Positions 1 to 10,700 of a DNA stretch of 64,000 nucleotides are shown one piece after another (the first letter of the stretch is position 1; the number at the start of each line of letters is the position of its first letter). The position numbers and the translations under genes are program-made. Source of the DNA: Macrostomum lignano (lineage: Eukaryota). The stretch spans positions 1 through 64,000 of the forward strand of contig NIVC01002100.1 of NCBI GenBank assembly GCA_002269645.1, in the 5' to 3' direction. The notes beneath the pieces are model-generated. The model did not search any database. It worked only from the letters and a program-made list of their open reading frames with translations, and was not told the origin of the DNA.

Positions 1-2972
1 ATGGTTGAAGGTGTTGTCCTAAGCAACAACCTATATGGACTCAAGAGGGAAGTGCACAGCGATCAATGGCCACCACCTGAAGAAATACCACAAATAGGTG
101 ATTTCAATAATTTCTAATATTTTAAGAGTAATTTTAGGCTCTTATAGAATAATATTAAAGTTCAAGTTCAAATTGGCGTCATCTAAAGTACTTGGTATGA
201 ACTAGAGACTAAAAAAGGTTTCTAACTTGACTAACTAAAAACTTTGTGATTTAGAGCAATATAAACTTAATGGAAGATCTAGAAAATAGGACTTAAATGA
301 TTGATAATTTGATAATTTGATAATTCAATTATCAATTAATTGCAAACAATTGATTGCAAGTTTGATAATTCAACATATGCTCAAAATTTATTTGCGTATC
401 TTTAAATGTGCAGGATTTATCTCAAGGACAGGCTAAATTAGTTATTTGCAGTTAATTTACTTTTCATATCAAGTCTTATAAAGTGCATTAATTAATTTTA
501 TGTATGACGAGTACAATTCATTCAGTTCTGAATTGTTGTCTTTTTGTTGAAAAGTACTTTGCAGTAATGATTTATTGTCTACTTGCAATGTTGTTGGAAT
601 ATTTTAGGATGAATAAAATAAGGCATAAGATACTCATAGTTTCTGCTCAGTGAGTGAGAGAATTCAAGATAACCAAATGAGTTTAGATAATTGAAAAGTA
701 TTTGGCCAAATACATTTGTTGTCTTTTTTCATTCAGCCTTCGCCAAATTTGTCCATGTTGAATTTCTGTCGCCGAATTTGCATGCATCCATTAACTATTA
801 TGATTATTTCAATAAAATATATGCAAAAATAGTTCCAATGATTATAATTTAACAGGTTCAACATCCAAAATGTGCAGGTTTCAATAGCTTGTTATCTTAT
901 AATGATGGTATTGCTTTAAAAATTTGAAACTATATTAAATTGATACTTTCTTTCTTTTACTAAAGGCTACCCACTAGTTTTATAATCAAATACATTTGAT
1001 ACATTTTGATACATTTGATTAAAACATTTGATGTGATACCCTAAATTATGTCAGAAGTACAACCACAATGTACAATTTTTATTAGAAAAAGATAGTGGCT
1101 ATCCTAAAGTGAATTCTATAAATATAAAATTAAAAATAATATGTAGGCCTATGTTCATATAAAGTTTTGTCTATATCAAAAAATCTATAAAATCTACAAT
1201 ATAAAAGCTGTTGCCAGATCATCTGTTTCTAATTTGACTGCCACTGGATCATCTGTCACTAAATTGTCAAGTCACCAGATTGACTAGAAGCCAATCTTTA
1301 TTAGGCCTATATAATGACATTGTATATAATATATAATCACCTAATATAGTATCCAAGGCAAAAAAAGAAATGAATTGTAGACATAAGACATAGACATGGC
1401 AATGAGAAGTAGTAGGTAGGCCCTAGGTATGAGTTATGAAAAAATTTAATATTAATATAAATTTATAATTATATAGGCCTATTATTTTTTGGTAGTAGGC
1501 CTAGGAGTCTAGGACAAAATGATAAAGCTTTAATCAATTTTCTTTAAGTTCAAGACAACTATTATGAAATGGTTTAAATTATGCCTAAAAATACCAAGTA
1601 GGCCTATATTTAGTATAAGCTTAGTTAAGCCAACCAAAGTTTTATTGAAAAAATATATACATAACACATTGTACCCGTACAATTGATTGCTCAGTTCAAC
1701 TAGTTCAATTTTCAGTGCTTTTTAATTTTTCGTACCAATCTGGGTCTTAGACTCAGAATTAGTTAGTTCTGGTGTTGACTGGGTTTTCAACATCTGGACT
1801 GGACTGGTTTGACTGGATTTGACTGAATGGTGTCAGTGTGTCGTGTCGTGTCACGTGCGTCAAGAAATTGACATCCATTTTTATACTAATTCAAAATAAA
1901 GTAAGTTTCTCTGAATTTTGACGTTTAATTGCAGTTATTAAAACACTGGATTTACATGTAAAATTTAACAAACATCTCAAGACAGTATTAGCAAATACAG
2001 TTGATTAAGTGTCTTTTTACGATAAGCATCGATGCGTAAGCAGAGTATACTTTATTAATTAATATACTCAACTTCTAAGCGTAGCAAGGTCCAAAGAAAT
2101 CTTTTTAAATATTGCTTTGTATAGCTTTTCTAGACGGTTTTTCTCCACTCATTTTATCTACGGCGCTTGTACTTGTACGTCAAATTTATTGTAAAATTCT
2201 ATAATGCTTCAATATTTACAAAAACTAAGCAAAATCTGAACTATTATTGATCACTTTCACAAGGACTTCTAGACTAGACTAAGGGGTCGTACTATAAAGC
2301 TATAAAGCGTAAGTTGTATCGTACGTCGGAACTTTTACACTGCGGAGATAGGGGCTAAGAACGATCTTATCTTACGATGGCTTTATAGAATGGGGCCTAA
2401 GTCTGGAAGTCCTTGCACTTTCATTTGGCGAACACAACAGCTAGTATAATTTGCATTTTGCCGGGGACTTCAAGTGTAGATTAGTCACTCATTGTCAGCC
2501 AATCATGTATGTCAGCGTTACCTAGCTAACTTTAATTGGCCCTGTTTTGGAGTGGGGTGGTGGGGCAGAGGATTGGCAGTGGGTGCAGCAGGGTTGGTAT
2601 AGCTGTGGGTGGCTCTTTATACCCGAGTTTTTTGTTTGCAGGCTTGTACTTCGCTCTCTCGTTCATCTAATTTTTTTTGCCTTTGTCTCTATCTACACTG
2701 TACCGGAATAATTCTTTTTTAATCAGATCTAACGTTATTCCTAGATAAATTCATAATGCATGCAAGTTGATATCTTTATTATCTTTCCATACATGTATAT
2801 ATTCTTTAGAAATATTTCATTACAGCTGCTTATAAACGTTACAAAACGCTTCTTCTGTCTTCAAAATACTTTTTGCATCAATTGATGTATTGGGGGGGGA
2901 ATAGCTAATGTAAAATTTACACACAGCAGGGAATGATGCTGAGAGGGACTGTATTCAAAGATACATGTAACA

Positions 2973-3491
2973 ATGAGGGCTCTTTGCGTCTGCCTGTTGG
3001 TGTCTCTGGCCCTGTCCGTGAACTAAATTAACTCCGCCGTGACGCCTCGCAGTGCGGCAGACAACAGGCAAGAGGTTCGGATCTGATCTACAGCGTTGCA
3101 AATGGCGATTATTTGTTCGTCAGCAAGGACAAGAGGGGCAGCGCGCCGGACAATTTGGTCAAGAGAACATCGTTGAGAACATCGGCGAGTCGAGCAAATC
3201 GGTTCCTCCTGCAGCACGGCGGCAATAACCGCTACGGCATCTACAACCCGAGCTCCGATGGCTCACGTGGTCCTGCCTCACCCAAGAGAAGCCATCAAGC
3301 AGAGGAACGAGTTCGTATTTGAGAGCGTCGGGCACAATCGCTCTGTGATATTCAACCCCAGCTATGGTAAATATCTGTTTGCGTCAAAAAGCCTTCACAA
3401 CGTAGACAATAACCTTGTGCTCAGTCATAAATCTTGGTTCGATTGCCGCAACAGGTTCACTCTGATTCTGCACGACGAGCCTTGTTCCTAG
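2973..3491 (+). pseudogene. Disrupted secreted protein with three ~45-aa repeats (beta-trefoil/lectin-like fold inferred)
   Basis: ATG 2973 gives signal peptide MRALCVCLLVSLALSVN, then TAA at 3024-3026. Downstream frames encode IYSVANGDYLFVSK..DNLV..ANRF / IYNPSS..(gap)..HVVL..RNEF / IFNPSYGKYLFASK..NNLVL..RNRF, with a frameshift near 3255. Confidence 0.6.
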
Positions 3492-4750
3492 TCTGTATAA
3501 ATTGAGAGAACTTCATTAAGTGCACCTGAGCTCTCGCACCTGATCAGAGACCGAACGATGCATCTGATAACTTTCAGATTGGGTTAAATCCAGGACTAAT
3601 TAATGACTTAATTGTTTAACAATTTTTTGATACCTACATGTAAGCAAGTTAAGATGACTACTTTGATGCAGTGTAATGTAGATTGATCTGATACGTTGTC
3701 TACGGTATAGAGCTTCTCGATGAATTTAGGCTCAATTAGTTCGCTTTTATACCGAGTTGTTGCAAACAGAACGAAGATTTGCATGGATTACACGTCTGTA
3801 TTGGCTCCTGCTGCTTTTCCAGAATATACATGTAGGGAACAGCTTTTTGTCTATGGGGAGTCTGGAGAGCAGCAGAAATGCTTGAGTTCGATGTCTGATT
3901 CAAATAGAACCAAATGTTGGTCTTAACCTACCTGTTTCTGATTCAGGAAAAAAGAACACAGCTACTATATACGTTATAATTAGGCAGTTTCCGTTTTTTA
4001 TTCACAAAAATCAACAAAATCTTACCTTTAGAACTCTTGTGGATCGCAACTGGCTTTACTATGACCAGGTGGCAATGCTGACAAATGTTTAATTTGTTTC
4101 CTGAAACTTCGTTTGGCTTGTACAAGCTGGCCCTTGGCGGGTTTGGCCCATAGATTTTTGGGCACTGGAAGCAATATATAGATATGTCTATGCTTCCTAG
4201 GCCGAAACGCGGCACAAATACCTTATGGTAACATATGTAATTTGTCAATGCAACAACAGCATCAGCAACAACAATAACAACAACAACATCACAATATACT
4301 GTCAGGTCTTATAAAATACGCGTCTCTGGACTGGGTCGTCTAGATCTTTAGTCTTGTAGTCCTCCGTAAATACAGAAGACAACGACAGGCAACACGAGCC
4401 GTTTGGGCGGACAGATAAGAGGGCTCTGGGTGTGCAGGACGGGCGGTGTGCAGAAGAAGAATTGCATTCAATTAAAGATTAATTGAAATCTTGAACCTAG
4501 AATTTACATGCGCATCTACGAGATACATTAATTTCGTAGTTTTTGTTTACTACTACTTTCTAGTCATGCAGTAGGCGGGATCGCTTAAAACGGTAAAATG
4601 AATGCTGGTTAAATACCACAATACAATTAAACTGCTCAGTCAGCCAGCACGCGGAGGCGAAATAATATAGACACTACTTAGTCATCGTATGATTATTCAC
4701 GGTTATCAACCCATCCCATCCAAAAACCTGATTTGATCTGTCTATCTATC

Positions 4751-4920
4751 CTAGCTTCAGCAAAAAAATTATGCTATTTACGTTTCTTGCTTTGAGAACT
4801 ATTGTTCTTTTTAGTAAATATACCATCGAATCCTTCTAGCTTCAGCGATAAAAATATTTTATGCAATTTACGTTTCTTGCTGTGAGAACTATTGTTCTTT
4901 TTAGTAAATATACCATCGAA
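4751..4920. repeat. ~85-bp direct tandem duplication
   Basis: ctagcttcagc...ataccatcgaat starts at 4751 and again at 4836. Confidence 0.85.
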
Positions 4921-5271
4921 TTGTACAATTTTGCAGACTATTAGCAGAGCCTTTCAAACGGATGCTTGAAAAAAAATAGTCGACGATATAGAATCAGAAT
5001 CAACGATACACTATTTGTGGGATAATGTACAAATTAAATCCAGAATGAATTTCTTCGATAAAACTTGGTCTTTGCCTAAAACTAGCAAAAATAAAGTTGC
5101 AAGCCACTGAACGCGCAAAGGAGTTGCTAGAATTGTAGCAGTCGATTACGAAGCTATTAGTATTTATTTTGGTACCAAATTAATTGACAATTAAAACCAT
5201 AAAACTGAAATGGATGATGCATCGTTCAGCCTCTGATCAGGTGAGAGCCGCCCGGGTCAGTCAGCGAGCGC

Positions 5272-5481
5272 TCAGGTGCAGCGGTACATGCGGGGATTGT
5301 AGCAGTGCGTGCCGCACTTGCGATGACCGACCGGGCACAGGAAGTAGCCATTGATGCAAGTGTGCGTCCTCGGGCTGTAGCAGGTGCCGCCGCAGGACCG
5401 GTCGCCGCCACCGCAGGCGTCAGTAGAGTTCACAGACACGGCCAGCAGAACCAGCAGGCAGACGCAGAGAGCCTTCATCAT
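5272..5481 (-). CDS. 69-aa secreted Cys-rich peptide, CBM52 (Carb_bind)-like
   Basis: Hydrophobic signal MMKALCVCLLVLLAVSVNS; mature part has 8 Cys with two CGxxCYxPxxxxC half-repeats joined by GYFLCP; intronless; TATA box upstream and AATAAA downstream (plus-strand tttatt 5163-5168). Confidence 0.8.
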   Translation of the reverse strand: MMKALCVCLLVLLAVSVNSTDACGGGDRSCGGTCYSPRTHTCINGYFLCPVGHRKCGTHCYNPRMYRCT

Positions 5482-5621
5482 CTTGAGTAGAGGTGTTGAT
5501 GCGGTGAGTAGTGGAATGCTGCAGAACCGATGCGGACTTTTATTCTGTAGGGCCTCTGGTCGGTGCTTGCTGAGTTGCTAAGTGGCTGCTGGCTTGCACC
5601 GTCGCCTCAGTCCGCCGCTTG

Positions 5622-5629
5622 TATTTATA
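5622..5629 (-). promoter_or_regulatory. TATA box of the secreted peptide gene
   Basis: TATAAATA on the minus strand ~140 nt upstream of ATG 5481. Confidence 0.5.
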
Positions 5630-6055
5630 GACTGCGGCCAGAGGCTTGGGGTTGAAGGGTGGAGTGGGGTGGGGGCCATCAGAACACGAAAAACCCCCTC
5701 TGTGAAACCCGCCAGCCAATCAAATTTTGTTTTAAAGACAAGAGCAGACTGTGGTGAGGGGGCGGGGTGCTGGGTCAGCTAGTAATTGATCCAAGCCCCT
5801 GGTGTGTGTGCACATCTACAAATACTATAGTAAAAGCTTATCTTGGTTGGTTAGTACAGCCCTGGCTTAAGCGTTGACGATCGCGTTTTCATTCTCTGCT
5901 AAGTAAATATTGATAGTTTGCAAACGTAAACAAGCTCGTCATTCTTGCATTCAGCTCAATATAATTATAGCTGATACTCGTATTACGCAATAGTCACCCC
6001 AAGTTAGGCTTCGCAAATTCAGAATGCTCTATATGATAATAAATAAATGCAGCTA

Positions 6056-6322
6056 CACTCAGCAACATCGAAAAGTCGCCATCACAGAAGATTCCTTTTT
6101 GAGAGGGCGGCAGGTAAAGTCTCTCAATCTTTGCGAGTGACGCAACTCAGCTACGCCGCGGCAGACTTGAGTTGAGGAATGAAGTGGGGGGGGGAGCGGT
6201 GTGCGAGGGTTGGACGGATCAAAGCTACCCCGATCAGTTTTCTCGTCTATTTTATTTCATAATAGTCCAAGAGAAATTGCTCACTGGCGCATAGAGTGGC
6301 GACTTTTCAACGTTGCTGAGTA
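6056..6322. mobile_element. MITE, ~26-bp TIRs, TA flanks (Tc1/mariner-like); copy 1
   Basis: 5' cactcagcaacatcgaaaagtcgcca versus 3' tggcgacttttcaacgttgctgagta; TA on both sides; a second copy lies at 44602-44878 in inverted orientation. Confidence 0.85.
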
Positions 6323-6499
6323 TACATGTATATTTAAACCCAACGACAGGACAAGATTGTTGCCAATTTCAAAGATCAAAGTCCAGCGCAGATGGTATAT
6401 GCAGCTGATGCTCAGCTCGTTCTTCATCAAAACATTTCTCATCGGATTCACTGGATTCTTCGTTACTTATTTTATAAGATGAATATAGTGGAACGAAGG

Positions 6500-6785
6500 G
6501 ATCGGGGTGATGGGATGAAGGGGATCAGAGTCAGTGGATGAAGGAATCAGAGTCCGTGGATGAAGGAATCAGGGTCCGTGGATGAAGGGATCGGGGTGAT
6601 AGGATGAAGGGGATTAGAGTCAGTGGATGAAGGAATCAGGGTCCGTGGATGAAGGGATCAGGGTCCGTGGATGAAGGGATCAGGGTCCGTGGATGAAGGG
6701 ATCAGGGTCCGTGGATGAAGGGATCAGGGTCCGTGGATGAAGGGATCAGGGTCCGTGGATGAAGGGATCAAGGTCAGCGGGTGAG
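6500..6785. repeat. 22-bp minisatellite (gtggatgaagggatcagggtcc)n
   Basis: Tandem units directly visible. Confidence 0.9.
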
Positions 6786-7795
6786 GGGCACGTTAGCGCC
6801 TCTCTGAAGCACATTTAAGCGCCAACTGAAGGTCATCACAGCATAATTAGAAAGGGCCCGTCGTGCGCTTTCTAAGAAAGTTTGAAATCTGACATTACAA
6901 CCGTAATTTTTCTTTTTGAGTTTGGAATCAAAATTTTCACTTTCCAAGAAAGGCGCTGAGAAATCGATAAAACAATTTGGAGCGGACAGCGAGTGCGCGT
7001 CTGTCCGCGCCGGAAGGGTGCCTGCATCAACAGCGGCAGCACCGATGACGCAACAGGTCGCTTGGACGTACCAGCTGCCGGCGCGGCGCAGCGTCCAATT
7101 CTGGGTGTCGATGAGCCAGATGGCGTCTTCTTTTTTCAGAGCTGCAAACTTTCAGAAAATTGAAACGAGTCCACTGCGCCACTCCATTGCTAATCAACGA
7201 AATTGCTTTTTTTTACTTTTCGTAATTAAGAAAGCGAATTGAGGCCAACTACGCCGTGCTGTGCAGCGGAGAGGAGCTGAAGGGCGAATCAAATTAGCTC
7301 ATAATTAAAACATGCCCGAACTGCCATCGGCCAGCCGGTAGGCCCAATCGCTAATTGATGCAGTCCTAAAATGGCGGATTAAGCAAAAAAGGTCCTGAGA
7401 ATTCGGAGATCCATTTTGCATAATTGAAACTCGCTCGAGCTGTCACTCTGGCTGATCGCCCCGAGACTTGGTCGACCTTTCGCTGCCGACAGACTCCATT
7501 GCTCATCTGCTCAGCCTGCAGTGTGCTCAGGTGGCGCCGGCTGCAAGCAAAGCCGATGCGATGGCGACATGGGCTGTAAATGCAGCTGGGGAGCAGCTTA
7601 TCGTAATTCGCAGGTAGAGCTCTGAAAAATTGCATGTCACCGGCTCTGCTCGAAATCGGGGGCAGCTGAACGGCTCGCTTTGTGGCCGGCAATTCAAAAG
7701 GCGCTGATGGGCTTTGACGGGCGAGCTGAGAGTCCGCTGTGCTCAGTTCTGGAGCGATGCGGCGTTTGCTCAGGGGTAGCAGGTGGGATTCCAGA

Positions 7796-10700
7796 ATGAT
7801 GCTGTGTTGTTTGAGCTGTAGAGATGATGCTGTGAGCTGTAGAGATGATGCTGTGTTGTTTGAGCAGTAGAGATGATGCTGTGTTGTTTGAGCTGTAGAG
7901 ATGATGCTGTGAGCTGTAGAGATGATGCTGTGTTGTTTGAGCAGTAGAGATGATGCTGTGTTGTTTGAGCAGTAGAGATGATGCTGTGAGCTGTAGAGAT
8001 GATGCTGTGAGCTGTAGAGATGATGCTGTGAGCTGTAGAGATGATGCTGTGTTGTTTGAGCAGTAGAGATGATGCTGTTTGAGGTGTAGAGATGATGCTG
8101 TGTTGTTTGAGCTGTAGAGATGATGCTGTTTAAGCTGTAGAGATGATGTTGTGTGAGCTGTAGAGATGATGCTGTGAGCTGTAGAGATGATGCTGTGTTG
8201 TTTGAGCAGTAGAGATGATGCTGTTTGAGGTGTAGAGATGATGCTGTGTTGTTTGAGCTGTAGAGATGATGCTGTTTAAGCTGTAGAGATGATGTTGTGT
8301 GAGCTGTAGAGATGATGCTGTGAGCTGTAGAGATGATGCTGTGTTGTTTGAGCAGTAGAGATGATGCTGTGTTGTTTGAGCAGTAGAGATGATGCTGTTT
8401 GAGCTGTAGAGATGATGCTGTGAGCTGTAGAGATGATGCTGTGAGCTGTAGAGATGATGCTGTGTTGTTTGAGCAGTAGAGATGGTGCTGTGTTGTTTGA
8501 GCAGTAGAGATGATGCTGTTTGAGCTGTAGAGATGATGCTGTGTTGTTTGAGCTGTAGAGATGATGCTGTTTGAGCTGTAGAGATGATGTTGTGTGAGCT
8601 GTAGAGATGATGCTGTGTTGTTTGAGCAGTAGAGATGGTGCTGTGTTGTTTGAGCAGTAGAGATGATGCTGTTTGAGCTGTAGAGATGATGCTGTTTGAG
8701 CTGTAGAGATGATGCTGTGTTGTTTGAGCAGTAGAGATGATGCTGTGTTGTTTGAGCAGTAGAGATGATGCTGTTTGAGCTGTAGAGATGATGCTGTGAG
8801 CTGTAGAGATGATGCTGTGAGCTGTAAAGATGATGCTGTGTTGTTTGAGCTGTAGAGATGATGCTGTTTGAGCTGTAGAGATGATGCTGTGTTGTTTGAG
8901 CTGTAGAGATGATGCTGTGTTGTTTGAGCTGTAGAGATGATGCTGTTTGAGCTGTAGAGATGATGTTGTAAGCTGTAGAGATGATGCTGTGTTGTTTGAG
9001 CAGTAGAGATGATGCTGTGTGAGCTGTAGAGATGATGCTGTGAGCTGTAGAGATGATGCTGTGAGCTATAGAGATGATGCTGTGAGCTGTAGAGATGATG
9101 CTGTTTAAGCTGTAGAGATGACGCTGTGAGCTGTATAGATGATGCAGTGAGAGCAGTAGAGATGATGCTGTGTTGTTTGAGCTGTAGAGATGATGCTGTT
9201 TGAGCTGTAGAGATGATGTTGTGAGCTGTAGAGATGATGCTGTGTTGTTTGAGTAGTAGAGATGATGCTGTTTGAGCTGTAGAGATGATGCTGTGAGCTA
9301 TAGAGATTATGCTGTGTTGTTTGAGCTGTAGAGATGATGCTGTTTGAGCTGTAGAGATGATGTTGTGAGCTGTAGAGATGATGCTGTGTTGTTTGAGCAG
9401 TAGAGATGATGCTGTGTGAGCTGTAGAGATGACGCTGTGAGCTGTAGAGATGATGCTGTGAGCAGTAGAGATGATGCTGTGAGCTGTAGAGATGATGCTG
9501 TTTAAGCTGTAGAGATGACGCTGTGAGCTGTATAGATGATGCAGTGAGAGCAGTAGAGATGATGCTGTGTTGTTTGAGCTGTAGAGATGATGCTGTTTGA
9601 GCTGTAGAGATGATGTTGTGAGCTGTAGAGATGATGCTGTGTTGTTTGAGCAGTAGAGATGATGCTGTGTGAGCTGTAGAGATGATGCTGTGAGCTGTAG
9701 AGATGACGCTGTGAGCTGTAGAAATGATGCTGTGAGCTGTAGAGATGATGCTGTGAGCTGTAGAGATGATGCTGTTTAAGCTGTAGAGATGACGCTGTGA
9801 GCTGTAGAGATGACGCTGTGAGCTGTAGAGATGATGCTGTGAGCTGTAGAGATGACGCTGTGTTGTTTGAGCTGTAGAGATGATGCTGTTTGAGCTGTAG
9901 AGATAATGTTGTGAGCTGTAGAGATGATGCTGTGTTGTTTGAGCAGTAGAGATGATGCTGTGTGAGCTGTAGAGATGATGCTGTGAGCTGTAGAGATGAC
10001 GCTGTGAGCTGTAGAAATGATGCTGTGAGCTGTAGAGATGATGCTGTGAGCTGTAGAGATGATGCTGTTTAAGCTGTAGAGATGACGCTGTGAGCTGTAG
10101 AGATGACGCTGTGAGCTGTATAGATGATGCTGTGTTGTTTGAGCTGTAGAGATGATGCTGTGTTGTTTGAGCTGTAGAGATGATGCTGTTTGAGCTGTAG
10201 AGATGATGTTGTAAGCTGTAGAGATGATGCTGTGTTGTTTGAGCAGTAGAGATGATGCTGTGTGAGCTGTAGAGATGATGCTGTGAGCTGTAGAGATGAT
10301 GCTGTGAGCTATAGAGATGATGCTGTGAGCTGTAGAGATGATGCTGTTTAAGCTGTAGAGATGACGCTGTGAGCTGTATAGATGATGCAGTGAGAGCAGT
10401 AGAGATGATGCTGTGTTGTTTGAGCTGTAGAGATGATGCTGTTTGAGCTGTAGAGATGATGTTGTGAGCTGTAGAGATGATGCTGTGTTGTTTGAGTAGT
10501 AGAGATGATGCTGTTTGAGCTGTAGAGATGATGCTGTGAGCTATAGAGATGATGCTGTGTTGTTTGAGCTGTAGAGATGATGCTGTTTGAGCTGTAGAGA
10601 TGATGTTGTGAGCTGTAGAGATGATGCTGTGTTGTTTGAGCAGTAGAGATGATGCTGTGTGAGCTGTAGAGATGACGCTGTGAGCTGTAGAGATGATGCT

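Noticed and set aside
5504-5550. Plus-strand intron-like segment (GTGAGT..TTTTATTCTGTAG) antisense to the peptide gene 5' region
   Set aside because: No convincing flanking ORF; may be chance, so not claimed without RNA data.
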